A stretch of 64,000 nt of DNA from an uncultured Candidatus Saccharibacteria bacterium (GTDB lineage Bacteria > Patescibacteriota > Minisyncoccia > Phycocordibacterales > CSBR16-119): positions 5,608 to 69,607 of the forward strand of contig CAZPVH010000003.1 of the NCBI GenBank assembly GCA_964589975.1, written 5' to 3'. The position numbers and the translations under genes were made by a program. Below are positions 27,830 to 36,079 of this stretch, piece by piece. Positions within the stretch are counted from its first letter, which is position 1. Each line of letters starts with the position of its first letter. The notes beneath the pieces were generated by a model. That model saw only the letters and a list, made by a program, of their open reading frames with translations, was not told the DNA's origin and ran no database searches.

Positions 27830-28594
27830 CTACTTTGTCAATACGATAGGACCCTTCTCGGTTATGGCGACAGTATGTTCAAAGTGGGCTGAGAGTGATG
27901 CGTCGTCGGTGATATATGTGTATTCGTCATCTGTCACACAGACTTCCCCGCTTCCGATGTTAAGCATCGGCTCAATCGCTATAACCATGCCAACGACAAG
28001 CTTCTCACCACTGCCAGCCTTACCATAGTTCGGCACACAAGGATCTTCGTGCACGCTGTAACCAACACCGTGACCAGAAAGAATTTTTACAATTCCATAA
28101 CCTAGAGGCTTCACAAAAGATTCAACAGCGTGGCCGATGTCGCCCGTGGTGTTCCCCACTTTCGCTGCTTTGACCGCGCGCTCCAGAGCTTCGCGCGTCG
28201 CTTTCATGAGCGCCGTTGCTTCTTTTGAAACTTTTCCAACCGGAACAGTGATGGCGCCGTCGGTAATGAGACCTTTATGAACAAGCCCGAGGTCGAGTGA
28301 AACAATATCTCCTTCTTCGAGTAAAACGTCTTTATTCGGAATCCCGTGCACCACTTCGTCATTTATGGAAACGCAGAGTGCCGCCGGATACGGATATGAG
28401 ACCCCTTCGGGTGTGTAATTGAGAAATGCCGGCTTATCTCCTCCTTCTTTGATGAGTTTTCTAGCCAAGATGTCTAGCGCTTTTGTCGAGACGCCGGGTA
28501 AGGCCGCTTTTGCGACTTCACGAAGAATAGCGGCATGGCGTCGGCCGCCTTCTTTCATCGTCTCTATTTCTTTTTCTGACTTCAGCCTGATCAT
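27830..28594 (-). CDS. map: type I methionyl aminopeptidase
   Basis: MetAP pita-bread fold motifs (DIVSLDLG...HG.GY). Confidence 0.9.
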   Translation of the reverse strand: MIRLKSEKEIETMKEGGRRHAAILREVAKAALPGVSTKALDILARKLIKEGGDKPAFLNYTPEGVSYPYPAALCVSINDEVVHGIPNKDVLLEEGDIVSLDLGLVHKGLITDGAITVPVGKVSKEATALMKATREALERAVKAAKVGNTTGDIGHAVESFVKPLGYGIVKILSGHGVGYSVHEDPCVPNYGKAGSGEKLVVGMVIAIEPMLNIGSGEVCVTDDEYTYITDDASLSAHFEHTVAITEKGPIVLTK

Positions 28595-28598
28595 CGGA

Positions 28599-29189
28599 CT
28601 ATTTTATAGCTTCAACTTTTGCAATGATTTCTTTATGTACGTCTTCTATAGATTGCTCGCCGTTTATCTCGTAGAAATCATAATCCTTGTTGTCATAGAA
28701 GTACGCCATGGCTGGCACAACATTCCAGTCGAACCATGAAAGACGAGACTTGATGTACTCATCGGAGTCATCACTTCGTCCGCGCGACTTCAATCGGTCA
28801 AACGACCATTGGTCCGATGTCTTAATAAAGAAAACAATCGGTTTGCTGAGTTTGAAGAATTTTACGGCGGAGTCGAGGACCGGGGCCTCATCAGGGCGGC
28901 GACAAAGACCGTCGAGGATAAGATCGCGCTTGCCGTCGAATTTGTTTACCAAGTCCCCTGTCCAAAGCCAGATCGGGAGGAAAACCGGCATAAGTCCGCC
29001 ATGAGAGAGAACCTCTTTTGTCATCTGGGCGGAGTAATTTGACTGATCGATAAAGTTCCTGAATTTCTGTCCGGTTTCTATATAAATAGGCTCAACCCCC
29101 TTTTTATCAAGGATATATTTTTTCAGCATTTCAGCCTGAGTGCCCTTGCCGGAGCCGGAACGGCCGAAGAAGATGAATGTTTGTTGCAT
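28599..29189 (-). CDS. adk: adenylate kinase-family nucleoside monophosphate kinase
   Basis: P-loop GRSGSGKGTQAE typical of adenylate kinases; adk-map gene order. Confidence 0.75.
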   Translation of the reverse strand: MQQTFIFFGRSGSGKGTQAEMLKKYILDKKGVEPIYIETGQKFRNFIDQSNYSAQMTKEVLSHGGLMPVFLPIWLWTGDLVNKFDGKRDLILDGLCRRPDEAPVLDSAVKFFKLSKPIVFFIKTSDQWSFDRLKSRGRSDDSDEYIKSRLSWFDWNVVPAMAYFYDNKDYDFYEINGEQSIEDVHKEIIAKVEAIK

Positions 29190-29244
29190 ACGGCTGATTA
29201 TAGCGGAAAAGGGCTAAAAACAAAGTGGCTTAAATATCAAGGAA

Positions 29245-29274
29245 AATGCCCCTCCGCAAGGAGGGGCATTTTCT
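29245..29274 (-). terminator. intrinsic terminator following element B (downstream of rpsR)
   Basis: aaaatgcccctccgcaaggaggggcatttt perfect hairpin with flanking U-tract. Confidence 0.65.
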
Positions 29275-29290
29275 TAAATCATCTTTTGGT

Positions 29291-29370
29291 GGAGCAACAT
29301 GCCCATTTTAGAATCCGAGGACCTAGCGTAGCGATCCCGCAGGATTATAAAATGGGCAAATTGCGGAGCG
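29291..29370. repeat. conserved-core stem-loop element, copy B (core 29315-29343)
   Basis: Core CCGAGGACCTAGcgtagCGATCCCGCAGG inside an inverted repeat; it lies between the rpsR stop (29375) and the hairpin terminator at 29245-29274. Confidence 0.7.
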
Positions 29371-29374
29371 TTCG

Positions 29375-29575
29375 CTATTCAGCGACGAATGGAAGGAGTC
29401 CCATGATCCTGGCGCGTTTGACGGCGAGAGAGACTTTCTTCTGATTCTTTGAAGAGAGCTTGGTCTTTCGCTTACCCATGAGGCGTGCAGAAGCATCCAA
29501 GAACTGCTTCAGAATCGCAGTGTCCTTGTAGTCGATATGCTTTATATTGTTCGATGAGAAATAATCTTGCTGCAT
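29375..29575 (-). CDS. rpsR: 30S ribosomal protein S18
   Basis: S18 signature; rpsF-ssb-rpsR context. Confidence 0.85.
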   Translation of the reverse strand: MQQDYFSSNNIKHIDYKDTAILKQFLDASARLMGKRKTKLSSKNQKKVSLAVKRARIMGLLPFVAE

Positions 29576-29585
29576 AAATTAATAT

Positions 29586-29657
29586 TAGTGAATAGTGGTT
29601 AGTGAATAGTGTCTAGGAACTATCTTCTAATCACTAGAAGCTAGTCACTAGTCACTC
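29586..29657. repeat. compound direct/inverted repeat in ssb-rpsR intergenic region
   Basis: Tandem TAGTGAATAGTG-like units on the left and CACTAG units on the right form an imperfect palindrome between the ssb stop and rpsR start. Confidence 0.55.
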
Positions 29658-29658
29658 G

Positions 29659-30135
29659 TTAAAACGGGATGTCTTCTGGATTTATATCATCATCCGGATA
29701 CTCAATAGTCTCAAGCTCTGGAGCGCGCATTGGAGCATCCTGCTCTGGAGAATTGGCTGGCGCGGAGTTATTTCCTCCGCCATAGTTCCCTGCCCCTCCT
29801 CCCATCCCCCCAGCTCTCGGGCCAAACTGAATGGTGTCGGCGATGATTTCAGTTCTATACTTCTTGGCTCCATCGGCGTCCCAGCTTCTAGTCTGCATGC
29901 GGCCTTCCACGAGTATAGAAGAACCCTTCTTCATGTACTGAGCAACTATCTCTGCCTGGCGGCCGAAAGTCACAACATTGTGAAAATCAGTTGATTCTTG
30001 CTTGGCGCCGTTCTTGTCCTTCCAAGTTCGGTTTGTAGCGACGCTGAAATTTGTGACTTTGATACCCGACGGAAGGGCTTTCATCTCGGGATCGCGGGTC
30101 AGATTCCCAATGACCATGGCTTTGTTGAGATACAT
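29659..30135 (-). CDS. ssb: single-stranded DNA-binding protein
   Basis: OB-fold SSB N-terminus, Gly-rich linker and acidic tail DDDINPEDIPF. Confidence 0.9.
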   Translation of the reverse strand: MYLNKAMVIGNLTRDPEMKALPSGIKVTNFSVATNRTWKDKNGAKQESTDFHNVVTFGRQAEIVAQYMKKGSSILVEGRMQTRSWDADGAKKYRTEIIADTIQFGPRAGGMGGGAGNYGGGNNSAPANSPEQDAPMRAPELETIEYPDDDINPEDIPF

Positions 30136-30301
30136 CCCGTTTGAGATAGCAAATTATTAATTTGCGTATCCTTGCTTAAATTTTGATAATTTTTGCGACC
30201 GTTGGTTCATTATACTTTTTGTCATAATTTCTAACCATGGGATCTCTAACGGGATACATAAGTTAGAAGTTATTTGATAACGGTAACTCCATTGTAGGAG
30301 A

Positions 30302-30781
30302 CTATTTAACTTCTGGCAACGACTCCTCCTCAACCATTTCCTCAATCTTCTTGTCAACAGCTGCTTCATCCATCGGAGCCGCGCCGCCTGCGGCTTCCGC
30401 GGCTGTTCTCTTGACTGGTCGCTGGTAAGCAAGTTTTGGGGTTGCCAATGTGCTCTCTCGGACAGTCTTCACGATTATGAATCGGAGAATATCGAGGTTC
30501 TTATCCATCAGCGCCTTGAATCCTTCGATCTCTGATGCTTCGATTTCAAACTTTATCCAACCAAAGTATGCTGTTCTAAATCGGCGAACTTTGTTTTCAA
30601 TCTCCTTTCCAAGCTCGTAAGCAAGCTCTCGCATCTGAGGAAACTGTTCAGCAATGACTGATGCTTCCATCTTCGCCAAGGTATCCTTTATACCAGTGAC
30701 AACTTTAGTAACTTCGTCTTCTGACAAGTTCGGGAGAACATGGTATCCGAGCTCGTAGATTTTCTTGTTTGTTTCTTCCAT
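30302..30781 (-). CDS. rpsF: 30S ribosomal protein S6 (with C-terminal extension)
   Basis: S6-like N-terminal domain; position upstream of ssb-rpsR. Confidence 0.8.
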   Translation of the reverse strand: MEETNKKIYELGYHVLPNLSEDEVTKVVTGIKDTLAKMEASVIAEQFPQMRELAYELGKEIENKVRRFRTAYFGWIKFEIEASEIEGFKALMDKNLDILRFIIVKTVRESTLATPKLAYQRPVKRTAAEAAGGAAPMDEAAVDKKIEEMVEEESLPEVK

Positions 30782-30911
30782 AATTTTTACTTTATTTATA
30801 ATGTTTTATCCAATAAAAAAACGCATCGTATCGGACCAAGCGACGGCCTGTAATTTCAAGGCAGTCGAACGAGACGTTGTAGGGATATTAGTATAAATCT
30901 TCTTTTTTGGC

Positions 30912-31103
30912 AAGAGAAAAGCCTTGTCATCGACAAGGCTTTTCGGGCTGAATCGTGCATGGGGCGATGAACCCCTACCGATACCTACCGTATGTTGATC
31001 CCCCTAGGGAGACTGCGGCTGAAGAACTTTAGGCCATAGCGGGAGCGGCATTTTGCCGCCCCGCCACAGCCTTTCGGAATTTGGTGTTTTGGACTTTTTG
31101 TTC
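30912..31103 (-). ncRNA. candidate ~190-nt structured noncoding RNA of unknown class
   Basis: Bounded by the promoter above and a hairpin plus U-tract terminator (30920-30940). No ORF with an RBS; contains an extended GC-rich helix (GGCUGUGGCGGGGCGGC-AAAAU-GCCGCUCCCGCUAUGGCC) and further hairpins. Confidence 0.3.
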
Positions 31104-31109
31104 TCTCAG

Positions 31110-31137
31110 ACTATAGCATATACGAAATATTTGTCAA
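31110..31137 (-). promoter_or_regulatory. sigma70-like promoter (TTGACA-16-TGcTATAGT) driving a noncoding transcript toward rpsF
   Basis: On the minus strand: tgcTTGACAaatatttcgtatatgcTATAGT, with a TGn extended -10. Confidence 0.5.
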
Positions 31138-31150
31138 GCAATTTTCATTA

Positions 31151-31187
31151 TCCTTAAAAAGGAAAAGCCCCGCGTAAGGCGAGGCTT
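31151..31187 (-). terminator. intrinsic terminator of the tatD transcript
   Basis: aagccccgcgtaaggcgaggctt hairpin followed by UUUUCCUUUUU on the minus strand. Confidence 0.55.
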
Positions 31188-31376
31188 CTTGGATCTGTCA
31201 CAAGGGGCGACAGACTTCCATCAAGATCTTCATCTTCAAAAGTACCGACATCCCTCGACGGGAGGAGGACATGGACATCCTCCTTGTTCCCGCCGGGAAT
31301 GCATCTACAGAACATCAGCTGAAGTCTTTCGACCCACTATCGTGTTTGCAGCACTGCCAATGTCCGTACTTTTATA

Positions 31377-32189
31377 TCACAATGGCCATACTGGGTCAAC
31401 GCAGAACAAATTTTTGACGTTTTGGAGAATTTGAAGGCGGACGGATTCTGGGTCGAGCCCTTTGATTTCCGCAATTTTCTTTACGATTTCTTCTACCATC
31501 CACGGCTCGCATTCCTTCCCTCTATAAGGATTTGGCGCAACAAATGGTGCGTCTGTTTCGGTAAGGATCCGATCGATCGGTGTCATTCGAATGACTTCGT
31601 CATAATCTCTTGCGAATGTGATTACACCGGTGAATGATAAGTAAAACCCGAGTTTCAGGAAACGCTCTGCGACATCAGGACTACCAACAAAGAAGTGGAC
31701 GTCGCCGCGGATATTTTGATCTTGGCGAGCTTCAAGAATTTCTAGGACATCTTCATATGCATCCATTGTTCCCTTTTGAGGACGAACATGCAGAATTAAG
31801 GGAAGATTTTTTTCGATCGCAAGATCAATTTGTTTAATGAAAATTTCTTTCTGAAGATTTTTTGTTTCTATATCGCTCGCTTCAATACGGAAATAATCGA
31901 GCCCACATTCACCAATCGCAACAACCTTATCCTTGCTTGCCAACTCTTTGAACTTATCAAGATCAAACTCTTTCTTAACAGCGTCACTAGGATGAAAACC
32001 GACTGAGGCGAATAAGTTCGCAGATTTTTGCGCAATTTCCACCGCGAGCAAAGAAGTATCGTAGTCGGTGCCGACAGTAATCGTGCCAACTTCTTTTTCT
32101 TCGAGAACTTTTATTATCTCACCTTGACGCTCCGACAGAGGAGACAAATTCAAATGAGAATGAATATCGAAATATTTCATACTAGGCAA
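31377..32189 (-). CDS. tatD: TatD-family metal-dependent hydrolase (DNase)
   Basis: MKYFDIHSHLNL start and TatD fold; conserved metG-tatD pairing. Confidence 0.85.
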   Translation of the reverse strand: MPSMKYFDIHSHLNLSPLSERQGEIIKVLEEKEVGTITVGTDYDTSLLAVEIAQKSANLFASVGFHPSDAVKKEFDLDKFKELASKDKVVAIGECGLDYFRIEASDIETKNLQKEIFIKQIDLAIEKNLPLILHVRPQKGTMDAYEDVLEILEARQDQNIRGDVHFFVGSPDVAERFLKLGFYLSFTGVITFARDYDEVIRMTPIDRILTETDAPFVAPNPYRGKECEPWMVEEIVKKIAEIKGLDPESVRLQILQNVKNLFCVDPVWPL

Positions 32190-33663
32190 GTCGATTGAAT
32201 AGTGGGGTTTCTGGCATCTTGTTTTCTTGAACCAAGAATAATATTTTCTCAGCTGTCTTTGGTAAAAATGGTTTCAACCAGATAGAAAGTTGATTTATAT
32301 GTGAAAGAAGTATCCCAACAACCTCCTTCGCTTCATCAGGATTCGTCTTTATCAGACTAAAGGGCTTTTTTTCGGCAATAACACCATCCACGGAGGTGGC
32401 GAACAGCATTATTTTCTCCATTGCCTTGCTCAAATCGTAATCACTAATATGTCCCCTGATCTCACTATCCAATGTAAGATAATACTGATTTGGCTCTGGG
32501 AAAACATGTGGTTCTTTAACGCCATATGTCGTTGCCATTTTCATCACTCTCGAAACGAGATTGCCGATACCATTCGCTAGCCCTGCCTGATAAGCTTCCC
32601 TAATAGATTCCAGAGTCATATCAGAATCTTCAAATGGATTAACGTGCCTGAGCAAATAGTAACGCAAAACGTCCGAAGAAAGGTCGCCTGCAACGGATTC
32701 ATATTCTTTTACGAGATCATAGGGGTTTATTACGTTTCCAAGAGATTTGGACATCTTCTGTCCACCTGAATTTATAAAACCATTAATGATGATATTATCC
32801 GTATTAGGTAAATCTGCTGCGAGAAGTATTGCCTGCCACATCATGGACTGCTGGCGAACGTTGTCTTTGCCGCAATACTGAATCTTTAGGCCGTCCTGCC
32901 AGAATTTCTTAAAGTTTCCGCTACTGTCTTCTGGCCAACCGAGCGTCGAAACATAGTTCGTTAGCGCGTCAAACCACACATACATTACATGAGACTCGTC
33001 TCCGGGCACCGGCACGCCCCAAGACATCTTTTCAGTTGGTCTCGAGATAGAAAAATCCTGAAGTCCCCTTTCGATAAAGGCTTTCATCTCATTGAAACGG
33101 AAATCTGGAATAACAAGTTCTGATTTGTCTGCGTAGAGTTTTTTTAGCTTATCTTCAAGTTTCGAAAGCGCGAAGAAATAATTCTCTTCGTCTCGAAGCT
33201 CGATCTCCTTGTTCGGATGGATCGGACATTTGCCATTCTCGAGCTCCGAGTCGGTTTTCTCAAGCTCGCAGCCGACGCAATATTTCGTCTGATAGTTCTT
33301 CTTGTAGATATAGCCGTTCTTATTAACTCGGCGCCACATTTCCTGCGCCGCTGAGACATGGTGCTCATCGGTAGTGCGAATGAAATGCACGTCGTCTGAA
33401 ATTCCAAGCAGATCTTTCAGTCCTCGAAATTTCTCAGCATAAAAATCAACGTATTCCTTTACGTCCTGTCCCGCTTTCGTGGCGTCAGAGAGAAGTTTCT
33501 GACCATGTTCGTCTGTTCCGGTATTAAAAAAAACAGAATGTCCAAGAGATTTATAAAACCTTGCCAGCGCGTCAGCGCGGATTATTTCCATAGCAAAACC
33601 GACGTGCGGGTCAGAATTAACATATGGGAGCGTCGTAGTGATATAAATATTTTTTTTACTCAT
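32182..33663 (-). CDS. metG: methionine--tRNA ligase
   Basis: YITTTLPYVNSDPHVGFA HIGH region and KMSKS region. Confidence 0.9.
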   Translation of the reverse strand: MSKKNIYITTTLPYVNSDPHVGFAMEIIRADALARFYKSLGHSVFFNTGTDEHGQKLLSDATKAGQDVKEYVDFYAEKFRGLKDLLGISDDVHFIRTTDEHHVSAAQEMWRRVNKNGYIYKKNYQTKYCVGCELEKTDSELENGKCPIHPNKEIELRDEENYFFALSKLEDKLKKLYADKSELVIPDFRFNEMKAFIERGLQDFSISRPTEKMSWGVPVPGDESHVMYVWFDALTNYVSTLGWPEDSSGNFKKFWQDGLKIQYCGKDNVRQQSMMWQAILLAADLPNTDNIIINGFINSGGQKMSKSLGNVINPYDLVKEYESVAGDLSSDVLRYYLLRHVNPFEDSDMTLESIREAYQAGLANGIGNLVSRVMKMATTYGVKEPHVFPEPNQYYLTLDSEIRGHISDYDLSKAMEKIMLFATSVDGVIAEKKPFSLIKTNPDEAKEVVGILLSHINQLSIWLKPFLPKTAEKILFLVQENKMPETPLFNRLA

Positions 33664-34705
33664 TTTCTTGCTTCATAAGACGCTCTTTCTCGAGGTCATT
33701 TATATATTCTAACATTGTCACAGCAACTGGAACTCCCAGGATAAGTCCCCAGAAACCAGCCAAGGAAACCCCGACAAGCACCGCCAAAATAACAACCAAT
33801 GGTGAAACTCCCGTCATCTTGTTCACCACGAGTGGAGCAATCAAATACCCTTCAAGTTGTTGAACAACGGTGTAGAGAGCTACAACCATTAGGGCTAGCG
33901 AGATTCCCCCGGCGCCAAATGCCAGCGAAACTGCCGGGATAGCCGCCAAAAATATTCCGAAAGGAATAAGCTCAAATATAGCCGCCACAACGGCCAGAAG
34001 AATAGCCTGTGGCACGTCGAGAAGCGTTAGACCGATGAAGGTCAGAACTCCGACAACAAGGCCGAGGATCATCTGACCCTGCATCCACCGAGCGATCTTT
34101 CTCTGGGAGCGCTGCCAGAGATCAATTACATACGCCTCTTTTCGGACAGGCGTCAGGATGCGGAGGAAGGATTCGATTCCATCCGCCGAAACAGACAGAT
34201 AAAAAGAGATTATGATAACCAAGACGACATTCAAGAGTCCGCCGAAGAAAGCTGACAAAGTGTTCCCGAATCCGGAAAGAATAATTCCCAAGAAGACTTC
34301 AAAGTTTGAAATTAGATTTCCGGACTCTGACAAACTTTCTGCGGAAGGCAAACTTTCAGGATTTATGCCACCGAGAAATGACGCGCCTTGGGGAATATAC
34401 TCGGATATGACCGGCAAGATATGCGTGATCTCGACTACCAAGACCGGCAGGAAGAAGTAGAAGACTCCGGCAAAGAAACAGAAGGTTATGAGATACATGA
34501 GGACAATCGAGAGTATACGACTCATGCCGAAGCGAATTCGGGCGGCTTCTGCCGAGGTGCGAATGAAGGAGGCTAAAACCACAGACGTCAAAACCACCAA
34601 AACCAAGCTCTTCAGGAAGAAAAGCGAGAAGACGAAAGCCGATAGGACCAAGATATTGAAGAGGGTCCGTCGGCTGATATTTACGGTATATACCTTGTTT
34701 TCCAT
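33656..34705 (-). CDS. AI-2E (PerM/UPF0118) family transporter
   Basis: Eight-TM architecture and family-typical central loop. Confidence 0.75.
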   Translation of the reverse strand: MENKVYTVNISRRTLFNILVLSAFVFSLFFLKSLVLVVLTSVVLASFIRTSAEAARIRFGMSRILSIVLMYLITFCFFAGVFYFFLPVLVVEITHILPVISEYIPQGASFLGGINPESLPSAESLSESGNLISNFEVFLGIILSGFGNTLSAFFGGLLNVVLVIIISFYLSVSADGIESFLRILTPVRKEAYVIDLWQRSQRKIARWMQGQMILGLVVGVLTFIGLTLLDVPQAILLAVVAAIFELIPFGIFLAAIPAVSLAFGAGGISLALMVVALYTVVQQLEGYLIAPLVVNKMTGVSPLVVILAVLVGVSLAGFWGLILGVPVAVTMLEYINDLEKERLMKQENE

Positions 34706-34738
34706 TAGGGCAACTATACCAATATGAGAGGCTTTTGG

Positions 34739-36079
34739 CTATTTAAAGGTATCTTTGAAATAGGCGGATAAATCTGCGATCTTTAGACGCTCCTGGGATC
34801 CATCATTCCTATGGCGGATGGTGACAGAATCGTCTTCGAGAGAGTCAAAGTCTACAACAACGCAGAAAGGCGTGCCGATCTCGTCCTGGCGGCGATATCG
34901 CTTGCCGATATTTCCATTGTCGTCCCAAACGACATCTCCGAATAAAGCTTTCAAATGAGCAAAAACTTCTTCAGCTTTCTTTACAAGCTCTTCTTTATTC
35001 TTGAGAAGCGGCGAGACACAGATCTTGTACGGCGCGATCTTTGGATCAAGTGCAAGATAAACCCGCATGTCCTCTCCTTCGCCGTCTTCGCGGTAAGCTG
35101 AAGTGAGCAGGGCAAGAATTGTTCGATCAAGGCCAAATGACGGCTCTATGACGTGCGGAGTGAAAACCTGGACGCCATTTTCATTCTGGAAACGATATTC
35201 GAGTTTCTCGCCGGACGCCTCGGTATGTTTTGAGAGATCGTAATCGCCGCGATACGCGAGACCGTAAAGCTCTTTCTGGCCAAATGGGTATTCGAATTCG
35301 AAATCAATCGTGCGGGACGAATAGTGCGCGCGGTCGCCGTCAGGAATCTCGACGTCATGAACCTTGTTCATGTCGAGTCCAATCTCCCCCATCCATTCAA
35401 GTATCTCGTCTTTCCAATATTCAAAATGCTTCTGCCACTCGTCCGGGTGGACAAAGTATTCTATTTCCATCTGCTCAAGCTCCCGGAGGCGGAAGATAAA
35501 ATCGCGCGGCGTGATCTCGTTTCGAAAAGCCTTGCCAATCTGCGCGATGCCGAATGGAACCTTCGGTTGCATGGAATCAACGACGTTTTTGAAGTTCACG
35601 AAAATTCCTTGCGCCGTCTCTGGGCGTAGATAAGAGGTCGCTGAGGAGTCCTCGGCCGCGCCAACTTTAGTACTAAGCATCATATTGAATTGGCGAACTT
35701 CGCCAAATTCTCCTTTACACTCCGGGCACTTTCCTTCGGGCGGCGGGACGGGTAACTGGTCAGCGCGAAAACGCTTTTTGCATTTCTTGCACTCGACTAA
35801 CGGATCAGAAAAATGGTCAACGTGGCCGGTTGTCTGCCACACCTTTTGGTTCATAAGAATCGCCGCGTTCAAGCGGTACATATCACGTCTGCTTCTTATG
35901 AATCTATTCTTCCAAGATGTTACGACATTGTCGCGCATCATCTCACCTAGTGGACCGTAGTCATAGGTTCCCGCCAGCCCTCCATAAATCTCAGAGCCCT
36001 GGAAGACAAAACCACGGCGCTTGGCGAGGGAGACGATTTTCTGCATCAGGTCAGCCTGATTGTTATTCAACGGCGTCAT
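34739..36079 (-). CDS. glyQS: glycine--tRNA ligase (dimeric class II type)
   Basis: Class II motifs; N-terminus IVSLAKRRGFVFQGSEIYGGLAGTYDYGPLG. Confidence 0.9.
   Translation of the reverse strand: MTPLNNNQADLMQKIVSLAKRRGFVFQGSEIYGGLAGTYDYGPLGEMMRDNVVTSWKNRFIRSRRDMYRLNAAILMNQKVWQTTGHVDHFSDPLVECKKCKKRFRADQLPVPPPEGKCPECKGEFGEVRQFNMMLSTKVGAAEDSSATSYLRPETAQGIFVNFKNVVDSMQPKVPFGIAQIGKAFRNEITPRDFIFRLRELEQMEIEYFVHPDEWQKHFEYWKDEILEWMGEIGLDMNKVHDVEIPDGDRAHYSSRTIDFEFEYPFGQKELYGLAYRGDYDLSKHTEASGEKLEYRFQNENGVQVFTPHVIEPSFGLDRTILALLTSAYREDGEGEDMRVYLALDPKIAPYKICVSPLLKNKEELVKKAEEVFAHLKALFGDVVWDDNGNIGKRYRRQDEIGTPFCVVVDFDSLEDDSVTIRHRNDGSQERLKIADLSAYFKDTFK

Noticed and set aside
31189-31434. 81-aa plus-strand ORF in the tatD 3' region
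   Set aside because: Overlaps the tatD C-terminus antisense, has no RBS, and has an implausible His/Gly-rich composition. The minus-strand 24-codon ORF with a perfect SD is reported instead.
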